This document shows positions 31,694 through 40,718 of a stretch of 64,000 nucleotides of DNA, piece after piece (position 1 is the stretch's first letter; each line of letters opens with the position of its first letter). The stretch covers positions 34,446 to 98,445 of the forward strand of contig JBIKVS010000003.1 in assembly GCA_044356725.1 (NCBI GenBank). The letters run 5' to 3'. The notes below the pieces were generated by a model. That model was not told the origin of the DNA, did not search any database, and saw nothing but the letters and a program-made list of their open reading frames with translations. Position numbers and translations under genes: made by a program. The stretch is from Minisyncoccia bacterium. GTDB lineage: Bacteria > Patescibacteriota > Minisyncoccia > SW-4-49-11.

Positions 31694-32091
31694 AGTATAA
31701 AGCTCCTAATAATTAATACAAAGAATAAAACTGGATATGTCACCCATACTAATAATACTATCGTACCTATTATACTTGTTATACTCAAAACGATTATTCC
31801 TGTTATAATAGTGAATAATCGAACAAAAGCTCCTACTACTCTAGCTACCATATTAGATGTCCAAATCTCTAGTATGCGATTTATATCAAACCCTTTATCT
31901 GGATAAGCATAAGATTGGTTCTTCCAAGGAGAAAAAAAGGTTTTTAACAAAAAGACAAATGAATATATTTTACTAATAACTGTAATATATTTATATAATA
32001 ATTTTATAATTTTCAGAGGCATTTCCAAAAAATACCATTGTAGGAAAATAGTCACTAATTTTATATTATATGATGCAGTTTCAATAATCAT
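31690..32091 (-). CDS. Hypothetical membrane protein, overlapping the Clp ATPase start by 4 bp
   Basis: 133-aa hydrophobic ORF with LLKTFFSPWK motif. Confidence 0.7.
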   Translation of the reverse strand: MIIETASYNIKLVTIFLQWYFLEMPLKIIKLLYKYITVISKIYSFVFLLKTFFSPWKNQSYAYPDKGFDINRILEIWTSNMVARVVGAFVRLFTIITGIIVLSITSIIGTIVLLVWVTYPVLFFVLIIRSFIL

Positions 32092-32092
32092 A

Positions 32093-33094
32093 TTATTTTT
32101 GTGATACTTTAACTTGAGATAGAGTAGATTTAAGATTAATAACTAATTTTTTCATTTCTTCAGGTTTTTCTTCTAATGTATCATTCATATCTGCATTTTG
32201 ATTTTGTAGATTCTCTTGATTTATAGTTTGATAAATATTAGAACCTCTATTAGAATTCTCCAGACCTGAAAACTCAATCTGACTTAAACTAGATGAGCTA
32301 GATACAATAATCGGGATATCCTTGGAAATAATCATATTAATTATACTGAAATTAGAATTTATGTCTAATATAACTTCTTCCTCTAAATTAATATCTTTAA
32401 TAACCATATTTATATTTGAAGTATTGGCTTTAATATAACCTGATTTTAATCTTAAGTTAGATAGATCTACTCCAATATATGATAAATTAGAGTTAATATT
32501 AAATGAAATTGAGGTATTTGTTGGGAATACTATATCTAAATTCTTGTTATAAGATCCAATCCCAGGAGGTAATAATTTCTGTTCTAACTTAATATTTTCT
32601 ATGTTATTTTCATCTCTATAACTACTAGATATAAGTTCATCATAATTCGACATAGCTTCACCTTTGAAAATATTAACATCTTCTGATTTGATATTAGCTT
32701 TAGTTGCTAATAATTCTATATTTGAAGATATACCACTAGCGTCCATAATAGGTATTATACTATTAGATATATTATTTTCTACATTAGAAGAATATACAAA
32801 AAATGATGCTATAGTTATCCCTACGGATAATGTAGTTATAAAAAACCCTATACTGAAAGATGCTGTATTTTTAGCTCTCAAAATAGATATCCCTATAAAT
32901 ATAATAGAAATAGGCCATAAAATTCGATATGGTATGAAAATCGACAAATAGTTACTCTGATAAACTGAATAAAAATAGATAAGAGAAACACTAAAGATTA
33001 ATAAAAATAGATAAATTTTACCAAAATTAATTTTTATACTGCGTTTTTTGGATGATTCTTCTTCTAAATTATTATCTATAATGACACTATACAT
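32093..33094 (-). CDS. Membrane protein, LiaF/LiaI-like
   Basis: Three TMs with LWP.SIIFIGISIL; beta-solenoid-like C-terminus. Confidence 0.55.
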   Translation of the reverse strand: MYSVIIDNNLEEESSKKRSIKINFGKIYLFLLIFSVSLIYFYSVYQSNYLSIFIPYRILWPISIIFIGISILRAKNTASFSIGFFITTLSVGITIASFFVYSSNVENNISNSIIPIMDASGISSNIELLATKANIKSEDVNIFKGEAMSNYDELISSSYRDENNIENIKLEQKLLPPGIGSYNKNLDIVFPTNTSISFNINSNLSYIGVDLSNLRLKSGYIKANTSNINMVIKDINLEEEVILDINSNFSIINMIISKDIPIIVSSSSSLSQIEFSGLENSNRGSNIYQTINQENLQNQNADMNDTLEEKPEEMKKLVINLKSTLSQVKVSQK

Positions 33095-33105
33095 AAATAT
33101 TTTTA

Positions 33106-33579
33106 TTATTTTTTTTGAGTTATACTTCTAAGAAGGAATCCCAAACCAATTGTAATAACAAGAGCTGGATACCTCCATACTCCTGGTATTAATTTCCATG
33201 GTACAAGATTAAATTGTAACACAAACATACCAATAAATATAATTATTAATGCTACAATATTTTGTTTAGATGCTAATTTATCTATCATATCAGAGTATTG
33301 ATCTGATAATATTAAATCCTCTTCTTTTAAAACACCATGTGTAACATTATAATAAAACTCTCTATCTTCTTGTTCTATCACCTCATCTTCTGTAGGTAAT
33401 AGTATAGATAAAGTTATATAAAAAACCAAACCGACTCCACTAGCTAATGTCAGCAATATAAATAAAAATCTAATTAAAGTATGACTAGTATTAATATAAT
33501 CTGCAATACCTGCAGCAACTCCTGTGAATATTCTATATTCTGTTGATTTGTACAGACTTCTTTTGACAGTTGTAGCCAT
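33106..33579 (-). CDS. PspC domain protein
   Basis: LYKS...RIFTGVAAGIADY......IRFLF...G.GLVFY....LLP. Confidence 0.88.
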   Translation of the reverse strand: MATTVKRSLYKSTEYRIFTGVAAGIADYINTSHTLIRFLFILLTLASGVGLVFYITLSILLPTEDEVIEQEDREFYYNVTHGVLKEEDLILSDQYSDMIDKLASKQNIVALIIIFIGMFVLQFNLVPWKLIPGVWRYPALVITIGLGFLLRSITQKK

Positions 33580-33673
33580 ATTAATTTATTTGATATATAT
33601 ATTCATATTAGTATATGATATTATTATAACATATAATTATAATTTTTATAAATAATTTGATAACTTTTGAAAT

Positions 33674-34939
33674 ATGGATATTAATTTATCTGCAATAATT
33701 AAAGATATACCGTCAATCTCTGGGGTTTATATTTTCTCTAATAAAGAGAAGAAGATTATTTATATTGGGAAAGCCATCAATCTAAAAAATCGTGTAAGTA
33801 GTTATTTTAGAGGCAGTAACTCACTTAACTCAGCCAAAAGAGCAATGGTAAGAGAAGTATATAATATAGAAATCAAACCTTGCGATGGTGAAATTGAAGC
33901 TTTAATATTAGAATCTAATCTAATCAAAAAATATAATCCTAAATATAATGTACTCCTTAAAGATGATAAAAGCTATGCTTATTTAGTTTGGACAAAGGAA
34001 GATTTTCCTAGAATTTTTGTGGCACATAAAACTTATCTTGATAATAATTTACATAAACTAAATTATCTAGGACCTTTTGTAAGTGGAGATGCCTTGAGAA
34101 AAACCTTAAAAATATTAAGAAAACATTTTCCCTACCGTTCTTGTAAAACTATGCCAAAAGTACCTTGTATTTATTATAAATTAGGTAAATGTGACGCTCC
34201 TTGTATCCAAAATATAGATAAAATTACCTATAAAGACAACCTCAATACCATAATTGAGATTATGAAGGGTAAATCTAAAACTATTCTCAAAAAGTTATAT
34301 CTTCAAATGCAAAGCTATTCTAAGTTAGAGAATTTCGAACAAGCTTTGGAAGTAAAAAATCAGATTGACGCCCTAGAAAAAGTATCCTTGCATAAAGGGA
34401 TTATCCAAACCAGTAAAAGTTATAAACACAAGTATCTAGAGGAGTTACAAACAATACTAAAGTTAGACAAACTCCCAAAAAGAATTGAAGGATATGATTC
34501 ATCTCATTTTCATGGGGATAAGGCTGTAGTATCTATGGTAGTCTTTGAAAATGGGAAGCCAAATAAGTCACAATATCGTAAATTCCGTATCAAACAACCT
34601 CCCGAAGGTGGAGATGATTTTTATAATCTCAAGCAAGCCCTGACTCGTCGATTCAAAAAAACTGATTGGCCAATACCTGATTTAATTTTGATTGATGGAG
34701 GGAAAGGACAATTATCTACAGTTTTAAAAGCACAACAAACAGGGAATATTGAATTTAAATCAATCCCAATTATATCCTTAGCCAAAAGATTAGAAGAAAT
34801 TTATATTCCCGATAGAGATAACGCTATTTTATTACCTAGAAGCTCTAAAGCAATCCAAATTTTACAACAAATAAGAGATGAGGCTCATAGATTTGCTGTT
34901 ACCTATCATCGTATTTTAAGAGATAAGATACCAAGATAA
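33674..34939 (+). CDS. uvrC: Excinuclease ABC subunit C (compact; no HhH tail)
   Basis: GVY...YIGKA.NLKNRV GIY-YIG domain; Cys-rich region; RIEGYD, LIDGGKGQ and RDEAHRFA. Confidence 0.93.
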   Translation: MDINLSAIIKDIPSISGVYIFSNKEKKIIYIGKAINLKNRVSSYFRGSNSLNSAKRAMVREVYNIEIKPCDGEIEALILESNLIKKYNPKYNVLLKDDKSYAYLVWTKEDFPRIFVAHKTYLDNNLHKLNYLGPFVSGDALRKTLKILRKHFPYRSCKTMPKVPCIYYKLGKCDAPCIQNIDKITYKDNLNTIIEIMKGKSKTILKKLYLQMQSYSKLENFEQALEVKNQIDALEKVSLHKGIIQTSKSYKHKYLEELQTILKLDKLPKRIEGYDSSHFHGDKAVVSMVVFENGKPNKSQYRKFRIKQPPEGGDDFYNLKQALTRRFKKTDWPIPDLILIDGGKGQLSTVLKAQQTGNIEFKSIPIISLAKRLEEIYIPDRDNAILLPRSSKAIQILQQIRDEAHRFAVTYHRILRDKIPR

Positions 34940-34943
34940 ATAG

Positions 34944-34970
34944 AAAGAGAGATATACTATATCTCTCTTT
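34944..34970. terminator. Bidirectional hairpin between uvrC and tRNA-Glu
   Basis: AAAGAGAGATATA-C-TATATCTCTCTTT. Confidence 0.75.
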
Positions 34971-35164
34971 GCTGCAAAAAAATAGTAGCCGCAAGGGGAT
35001 TCGGTCACAAGTAATTTCCCTGACGGGAAATTCTCGCTACCCCGCCTCGCGGTGTTCGCCTTGTGCTTCACACAAACTCACCCTGGCTCCGGCCTTCTCA
35101 TCCCCACGAGAGATATACTATATCTCTCTTTGCTGCAAAAAAATAGTAGCCGCAAGGGGATTCG
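34947..35164 (-). mobile_element. 104-bp structured element (35004-35107) flanked by 57-bp direct repeats of the tRNA-Glu 3' end and trailer
   Basis: 34947-35003 is identical to 35108-35164; the insert is GC-rich with several hairpins. Confidence 0.8.
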
Positions 35165-35221
35165 AACCCCTGTTTTCCCCGTGAGAGGGGGATGTCCTAG
35201 ACCGGGCTAGACGATGTGGCC
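35147..35221 (-). tRNA. tRNA-Glu(CTC), CCA not encoded
   Basis: GGCCACATCGTCTAGCCCGGTCTAGGACATCCCC-CTCTCAC-GGGGAAAACAGGGGTTCGAATCCCCTTGCGGCTA; one A-C mismatch in the acceptor stem. Confidence 0.93.
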
Positions 35222-35266
35222 AGTTGTTTTTGTATTATACAGATTTTTAGCTATTTTGGCAAGCTA

Positions 35267-36451
35267 TTATTTCTTATTTAATTTATTTCTAATAAAAGCC
35301 GGTAGCTCAAAGGCATCCTCTGGGTCTGATTCTACATTCTTGATAAACTCATCTTTTTTAGACTCTACTTCTCTGACTCTATCTTCTTCTACTTGTTTTT
35401 TTGCTCTTTCCTCATCAACTCTTTTTTGTAACTCCTCTAAAGTAGTTTCTTGAATTATATTTTTATCAGCTTCCTTTTGAACTGGCTTAGTACTTTTAGA
35501 GTCAAATCCTGTTGCTATTACAGTAACTTGAACCTCACCTTCAGTCAATTTATCATTAATCACTGCTCCAAAAATAACCTGGGCTTCTGGATCAATAGCT
35601 TCAATAATGACATTAGCTGCATCGTTAATCTCTGCCATAGATAAATCTTTACCTCCAGTCACATTAAATAATACTCCCTTGGCTCCTTTGATTGAAATAT
35701 CTAATAATGGACTATTGATAGCAATTTTTGCAGCTGTTACTGCCCTATTCTCACCAGATGCACTACCAATTCCCATCAAGGCCGAGCCGGCATTTTTCAT
35801 AATAGCACTGACATCAGCAAAATCCACATTGACAAGTCCAGGAGTAGTAACTAAATCAGAAATACCCTGCACTCCTTGCCTTAAGACATCATCAATCATA
35901 GAGAATGCCTCTAGAACAGGAGTATTCCTATCAATAATATTGAGAATTTTATCATTTGGAATTGTGATAATTGTATCCACATTTTTCTTTAATTCCTCGA
36001 AAGCTGCCTCAGCTATTCTTTTTCTTTGAATACCCTCAAACATAAAAGGTTTAGTCACTACTGCCACAGTCAAAGCTCCACTTTCCTTAGCCGCCTGAGC
36101 AATAACAGGTGAGGCTCCTGACCCAGTACCTCCCCCCATACCAGCAGTTATGAATATCATATGAGATCCATTTACTGCTTGATAAACTTCTTCTTTACTC
36201 TCTTCGGCTGCCTTTCGTCCAACTTCTGGATTCATCCCAGCACCTAGCCCACGAGTTAGATTTTTTCCTAAATGCACTTTATGTTCTGCTTGAGAATGAT
36301 GTAAATCTTGGGCATCTGTATTCACAGCTACGAACTCAACTCCTTTTATATCAGAGTCAATCATTCTCTTAAGAGCATTACCTCCGGCTCCACCAACTCC
36401 TACAACCTTAATTTTTGCAAATGTCTCTATCTCTGGATTAATTCTTGCCAT
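35267..36451 (-). CDS. ftsZ: Cell division protein FtsZ
   Basis: [18 protein letters not shown]-terminal ELPAFIR; start reassigned to MARINPE at 36451. Confidence 0.99.
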   Translation of the reverse strand: MARINPEIETFAKIKVVGVGGAGGNALKRMIDSDIKGVEFVAVNTDAQDLHHSQAEHKVHLGKNLTRGLGAGMNPEVGRKAAEESKEEVYQAVNGSHMIFITAGMGGGTGSGASPVIAQAAKESGALTVAVVTKPFMFEGIQRKRIAEAAFEELKKNVDTIITIPNDKILNIIDRNTPVLEAFSMIDDVLRQGVQGISDLVTTPGLVNVDFADVSAIMKNAGSALMGIGSASGENRAVTAAKIAINSPLLDISIKGAKGVLFNVTGGKDLSMAEINDAANVIIEAIDPEAQVIFGAVINDKLTEGEVQVTVIATGFDSKSTKPVQKEADKNIIQETTLEELQKRVDEERAKKQVEEDRVREVESKKDEFIKNVESDPEDAFELPAFIRNKLNKK

Positions 36452-36537
36452 ATATTTTGAATTGCTATTCAATAATTTACTTATAATATACATTATTATA
36501 ACTTAAAAGTCAAAAAGTAAACTTTATTATATCCAAA

Positions 36538-37635
36538 CTATTTCTGATTAAATACTAACTCTAATTGCAGTGCACTTTTAGCCCAATCAAAATCTTGAAC
36601 TCGTTCAAATCCTTTATGAATTATTGATTGCCTCAGTAAATCATCATTCAGTATACTTTCTATTGCTTTTGCAATTGAATTGGCTGATTTAGGATTAGTC
36701 GCAATGACAGCCTCCGTTCCGACTTCTTTCATAGCACCTATATTAGAGGTTATCACTGGAGTTCCTAGACTAAAGCCCTCTAAAATTGGAATTCCAAACC
36801 CTTCATACAGAGATGGATAGACTAGGGCTTGGGCATATTTGATATAGCTTATCATATCCTCATCTGAGATATAACCTAATAGTTTAACTCTATTTTGCAA
36901 ATTATATTGCTCGATTAAAACAGGAAGATTAGGGATAATGGGGCTTTCAAAATACTTACCCGCAATATATAAATTCAAGTCTTTATATTTATCAGCTATT
37001 AAGCTAAATGCTTCAATCAATTTAGGGACATTTTTTCGGATATCCAAGCCACCTTCATAAAAAATATATTTATCTTGAGTTAATTGTTTGATATTCGTTG
37101 TATTTAATTTAGGTGAAGCTTGTGAAATAATTGGAATATCTTTGGCTGGAATATCAAAGACAGCCTCAATTTCTTTAGCTGAAAACTTAGATATTGTGAT
37201 AATTTGACTTGCCTTAGGGATAGCTTGGGATAATAATTTCACATATAATCTAACTTTCCAATTAGGTATATACTCAGGTAATCTCCAATAAATCACATCA
37301 TGGACAGTCATAATATGCCTGATATTGGGAATTATAGAAATAGTAGGATGCGGACTCCAGACAATATCTGCCTTTTGTTTTTGGATTTCATTAGGAAAGA
37401 TAAATTTTTCCCAAATCATCTGAGCTAGTAAATCATTTCTACTATATTTAGTTGGTATATATTGTATATTTTTATTAATTGCTTTAGGAATATCTTTGAT
37501 GTCTTGCCTTAAGTACTCTGGGATGAGAATAAAAATTTCTAATTCCCATTTTTGATGAAGTAAAATCTGCAATAAATACTGCCCCATACCAGTTTTGGGT
37601 TTTACTAGAAAATATCCATTAATAAATAACCTCAT
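36538..37635 (-). CDS. Glycosyltransferase family 4
   Basis: TVHD, RKN, YPSLYEGFGIPILE. Confidence 0.92.
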   Translation of the reverse strand: MRLFINGYFLVKPKTGMGQYLLQILLHQKWELEIFILIPEYLRQDIKDIPKAINKNIQYIPTKYSRNDLLAQMIWEKFIFPNEIQKQKADIVWSPHPTISIIPNIRHIMTVHDVIYWRLPEYIPNWKVRLYVKLLSQAIPKASQIITISKFSAKEIEAVFDIPAKDIPIISQASPKLNTTNIKQLTQDKYIFYEGGLDIRKNVPKLIEAFSLIADKYKDLNLYIAGKYFESPIIPNLPVLIEQYNLQNRVKLLGYISDEDMISYIKYAQALVYPSLYEGFGIPILEGFSLGTPVITSNIGAMKEVGTEAVIATNPKSANSIAKAIESILNDDLLRQSIIHKGFERVQDFDWAKSALQLELVFNQK

Positions 37636-37723
37636 ATCTTATTATGTAAATTTATATCCTATTTTTAATTATAGCACAATAGTCTGTATTTATGGTATAA
37701 TAATATATCTTAAATAAGAATTT

Positions 37724-38167
37724 ATGAAAATTCTCACTAATAATATCCGTGCTAGCTTTGATTATACCATTCTTGAGACTTATCAGGCTGGACTTCAGTT
37801 ATTGGGTAATGAAGTAAAATCTGTCAAATTAAGTAGAGCTAGCCTGAAAGGAGCCTATATAACTATTAAAGATGATGAGTTGTTTTTGATTAACTGTAAT
37901 ATCCCTCATTACCAAAATCATATTGATACTAAGTATGAAACTGACCGTCCTCGCAAGATTTTATTAAGACGCTCTGAAATCAATTCTTTGATTGCAAAAA
38001 AGTCCGCTTCAGGCTTGACAATTATCCCAATTAAGCTATACTTAAGTCATGGTATTATCAAGCTTGAAATTATTCTTGCTAAAGGCAAGAAAAAAATTGA
38101 TAAACGCCATAGTATTCGCGATAGAGAGGAGAAACGATCTATACAAAGAATACTTCGAATCAAGTAA
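37724..38167 (+). CDS. smpB: SsrA-binding protein SmpB
   Basis: AGLQLLGNEVKS, RPRKILL, KGKKKIDKR. Confidence 0.97.
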   Translation: MKILTNNIRASFDYTILETYQAGLQLLGNEVKSVKLSRASLKGAYITIKDDELFLINCNIPHYQNHIDTKYETDRPRKILLRRSEINSLIAKKSASGLTIIPIKLYLSHGIIKLEIILAKGKKKIDKRHSIRDREEKRSIQRILRIK

Positions 38168-38175
38168 ACCTTAAT

Positions 38176-38571
38176 GGGGATGTTTTGCTTCGCTAGTTCA
38201 TTTGCATCTATATACAATGAGAACTCGTTTGTCTATCACGAGACCCAAGATATGACAAACCCAAATGCAAAACCTTTTGCAAACCGATCCTATAATGGGT
38301 TCGGTTATGCAGTAGCCTAATTATTTAATTTAGCAACTGCCATCAAAATCTTTAAGTCAACATAAAAGAATTTTGGTGTTATATATATGTTGATAGGAAA
38401 TTATTCTCCCATAAAGGATAATTTCTAAAATAATTTTTATGGCTCTGATATATTCTATCTTTGGAAATTAACTAAGAATATATTACAACTCAAAGGCAAT
38501 TTCCTATTTCTCTAAGTAATTGTATACTGATACTGGGCTATACATGGGTTCAATTCCCATCATCTCCACCA
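38176..38571 (+). ncRNA. ssrA: tmRNA; predicted tag (A)AKPFANRSYNGFGYAVA at 38267-38320
   Basis: Acceptor stem GGGGATG/CATCTCC with G3-U; T arm ATGGG-TTCAATT-CCCAT; 3' ACCA; follows smpB; tag frame ends YAVA*. Confidence 0.93.
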
Positions 38572-38594
38572 AACTATTAATAATTTATTACTCA

Positions 38595-39128
38595 ATGTCA
38601 CAACAAGCTAAGCCATCTTCAAAAACAAATCAAAGAATTAATACTAATATTACAAGTCCAGAAGTCAGACTAGTAGATGCTACTGGTAAAATGATAGGAG
38701 TAGTAGATCTAACAGAAGCTTTGAGGCAAGCTCGTGAAGCTGATTTGGATTTAGTTGAAATAGCCCCAGATAGCAAGCCACCAGTATGTAAAGTGATGAA
38801 TTATGGTAAATTCTTATATACTCAATCTAAACAACAAAGATTGCATAAGGCTAAACAAAAGAAAGTGGAACTGAAAGCTCTCAGAATTGGGTTTAAAATT
38901 GAACCACATGACTTGGATGTAAAATTAAAGCAAACTTATAAATTCTTAGACCAAGGACATAAGGTTAAATTAGATATGTATTTAAGAGGAAGAGAAAAAG
39001 CCTTTGCCAATCAGGCGGCTGTAAAAATGCAAAATATAATCAATACTTTACCAGAAAATGTAAGATTGGAGCAAGAATTAAAGAAATCTCCGCAGGGATT
39101 TAGTGTAATACTTGCAAAAAAGATTTAG
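38595..39128 (+). CDS. infC: Translation initiation factor IF-3
   Basis: RIN..I...EVRLV, LDLVEIAP, PPVCKVMNYGKF; start moved downstream of tmRNA. Confidence 0.96.
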   Translation: MSQQAKPSSKTNQRINTNITSPEVRLVDATGKMIGVVDLTEALRQAREADLDLVEIAPDSKPPVCKVMNYGKFLYTQSKQQRLHKAKQKKVELKALRIGFKIEPHDLDVKLKQTYKFLDQGHKVKLDMYLRGREKAFANQAAVKMQNIINTLPENVRLEQELKKSPQGFSVILAKKI

Positions 39129-39140
39129 TTGTGATAAAAT
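39112..39140 (+). promoter_or_regulatory. Possible internal promoter for rpmI-rplT
   Basis: TTGCAA-17-TAAAAT with extended TG. Confidence 0.5.
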
Positions 39141-39181
39141 CTATATCATCAAATTGAGAATTTAATTTATAATCTGAATAT

Positions 39182-39373
39182 ATGCCTAAGCTCAAGACAC
39201 GTAAATCATTGTCAAAAAGAATTACCTTAACTAAAACTGATAAGGTGGTAGCTTTAAAGGTAGCTCAAAACCACTTTTTAGCTAAAAAATCTGGAGATTC
39301 CAGAAGATCTAAGAGAAAAACTCAGATTATTGATACCTCAATCAAGAAACTCAAGAGAGTATTGAATCAATAA
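39182..39373 (+). CDS. rpmI: 50S ribosomal protein L35
   Basis: MPKLKTRKS..KR; infC-rpmI-rplT synteny. Confidence 0.93.
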   Translation: MPKLKTRKSLSKRITLTKTDKVVALKVAQNHFLAKKSGDSRRSKRKTQIIDTSIKKLKRVLNQ

Positions 39374-39390
39374 GTATTTAAGATTATATT

Positions 39391-39732
39391 ATGAGAATTA
39401 AACGAGGAGTAACCGCAAGTAAGAGAAGAAAAAATCTATTGCAACATGCAAAAGGTTTTAAATGGCGACGCAAAAGTAACTTTAGAGCTGCTAAAGAAGC
39501 TTTATTACACGCCTGGAGCTATAGTTATAGAGATAGACGCAATAAGAAAAGAGATAAGAGAGTCTTATGGCAAACTAAGATTAATGCAGCTAGCAGAGCT
39601 AATGGAGTAGCTTATAGTAGACTAATTAATAATCTAAATAAAGCTAATATTGAGCTTGATAGAAAGAGTTTAGCTTATTTAGCTGAGAATAAACCACAAG
39701 TTTTCACTCATATCGTAGAGTCCTCTAAATAA
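39391..39732 (+). CDS. rplT: 50S ribosomal protein L20
   Basis: MRIKRG, YRDRRNKKR, LW..KINAA, LDRKSLA. Confidence 0.98.
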   Translation: MRIKRGVTASKRRKNLLQHAKGFKWRRKSNFRAAKEALLHAWSYSYRDRRNKKRDKRVLWQTKINAASRANGVAYSRLINNLNKANIELDRKSLAYLAENKPQVFTHIVESSK

Positions 39733-39744
39733 ACTCACTATTTT

Positions 39745-39784
39745 AATCTAAAAGGGAGAGTTATTAAACTCTCCCTTTTAGATT
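39745..39784 (+). terminator. Intrinsic terminator after rplT
   Basis: AATCTAAAAGGGAGAGTT/AACTCTCCCTTTTAGATT inverted repeat. Confidence 0.85.
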
Positions 39785-39793
39785 TCCAAAAAT

Positions 39794-39822
39794 TTGACAA
39801 GATTTTTAGTTTATGATATAAT
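39794..39822 (+). promoter_or_regulatory. Perfect consensus promoter with no downstream ORF
   Basis: TTGACA(39794-39799)-17-TATAAT(39817-39822) with extended TG. Confidence 0.75.
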
Positions 39823-39828
39823 AGAAAT

Positions 39829-39910
39829 GTTGTATATCCTTAGATACATGAGCGCCTAATGCTCGAAAAAACCTGAAGGGCACCACATTATGTGGTGCCT
39901 AAAACTTTTT
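39829..39910 (+). ncRNA. Candidate small RNA (about 80 nt)
   Basis: Orphan promoter followed by three hairpins ending in GGCACCACAT/ATGTGGTGCC. Confidence 0.45.
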
Positions 39911-40673
39911 ATTTAGTATCTGATTTTTCTACCAAAGTTAAAATTTGCCTGATAGCATTGGCAATGGATTCATTTTGAATAATCACAGACATCACTGGTT
40001 CCTTAAAAGATGTAATTGCTAAATTATCATCAAAAACAGTAATATCAATTGGAGAATTATATTTAGACTTATCAATATATTTATATAAAACTTTTTCTAA
40101 TTTAGAATCTTGCAATATATCCTCCTTACTAGAAGAGTATATGCAATGACTACTGACTTTTTTAGCAATTCGCTTTTTATTAAAAGCATTATTATCTTCT
40201 GATGTAAACACTCCTTCTCTAGCATCAAGATTAAAAATACTAAAAGATTCCTTAGACTTAGTCTTCAAAATTTCCTCTCTCACGGCAGTAAGACCTAACT
40301 TACCTTCATAAAACTTCACTTGAGGTCTATTTCCACCTTGAGTGGTGTCATATAAACCGCTTAAAGATGGTAAAATTTCATTAATAGTATTTTCTTTAGC
40401 TTCTATTTCAACCTTATCTTCTCTGATTAGAGCTGATAATTTATCTGGAGATTCAGGAGTAAATAATCTTTTTTTACCCTTGGTATAAGAGCTCATCAGA
40501 CCTTTATTCATAAATCCTTGCACTACCACATAAGTAGTAGCTCGATTTACAGTAGCTAATTTAGCAATTTTCTGAATTGGAGCTGATCCTAATTTTAATG
40601 AAGCCACATATACTTTAGATTCTTTATCTGAGAATCCTAGTGAACGCAATTTAGATAATAATTGTTCTTCCAT
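39909..40673 (-). CDS. TrmB-family transcriptional regulator
   Basis: LGFSDKESKVY...IAK...VNRATTY wHTH; VKFYEG motif. Confidence 0.85.
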   Translation of the reverse strand: MEEQLLSKLRSLGFSDKESKVYVASLKLGSAPIQKIAKLATVNRATTYVVVQGFMNKGLMSSYTKGKKRLFTPESPDKLSALIREDKVEIEAKENTINEILPSLSGLYDTTQGGNRPQVKFYEGKLGLTAVREEILKTKSKESFSIFNLDAREGVFTSEDNNAFNKKRIAKKVSSHCIYSSSKEDILQDSKLEKVLYKYIDKSKYNSPIDITVFDDNLAITSFKEPVMSVIIQNESIANAIRQILTLVEKSDTK

Positions 40674-40718
40674 ATAATTAAAGATAAAATGTTAACAAGT
40701 TTTATCATAGTACTATAT

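Noticed and set aside
34947-35164. Possible CRISPR repeat-spacer-repeat
   Set aside because: Only two 57-bp repeats derived from the tRNA end, a 104-bp spacer and no cas genes; no CRISPR array was seen in the window.
34969-35184. 71-aa ORF across the tRNA-associated element
   Set aside because: Composed of the duplicated segment and antisense tRNA sequence; not a plausible protein.
38520-38594. ORF-track N-terminal extensions of infC (also comEC 42967-43005, ftsZ 36452-36493 and pilin 8184-8267)
   Set aside because: The infC, comEC and pilin extensions overlap tmRNA, tRNA-Val or the promoter itself, and the ftsZ extension precedes the conserved N-terminus; downstream ATGs fit better.
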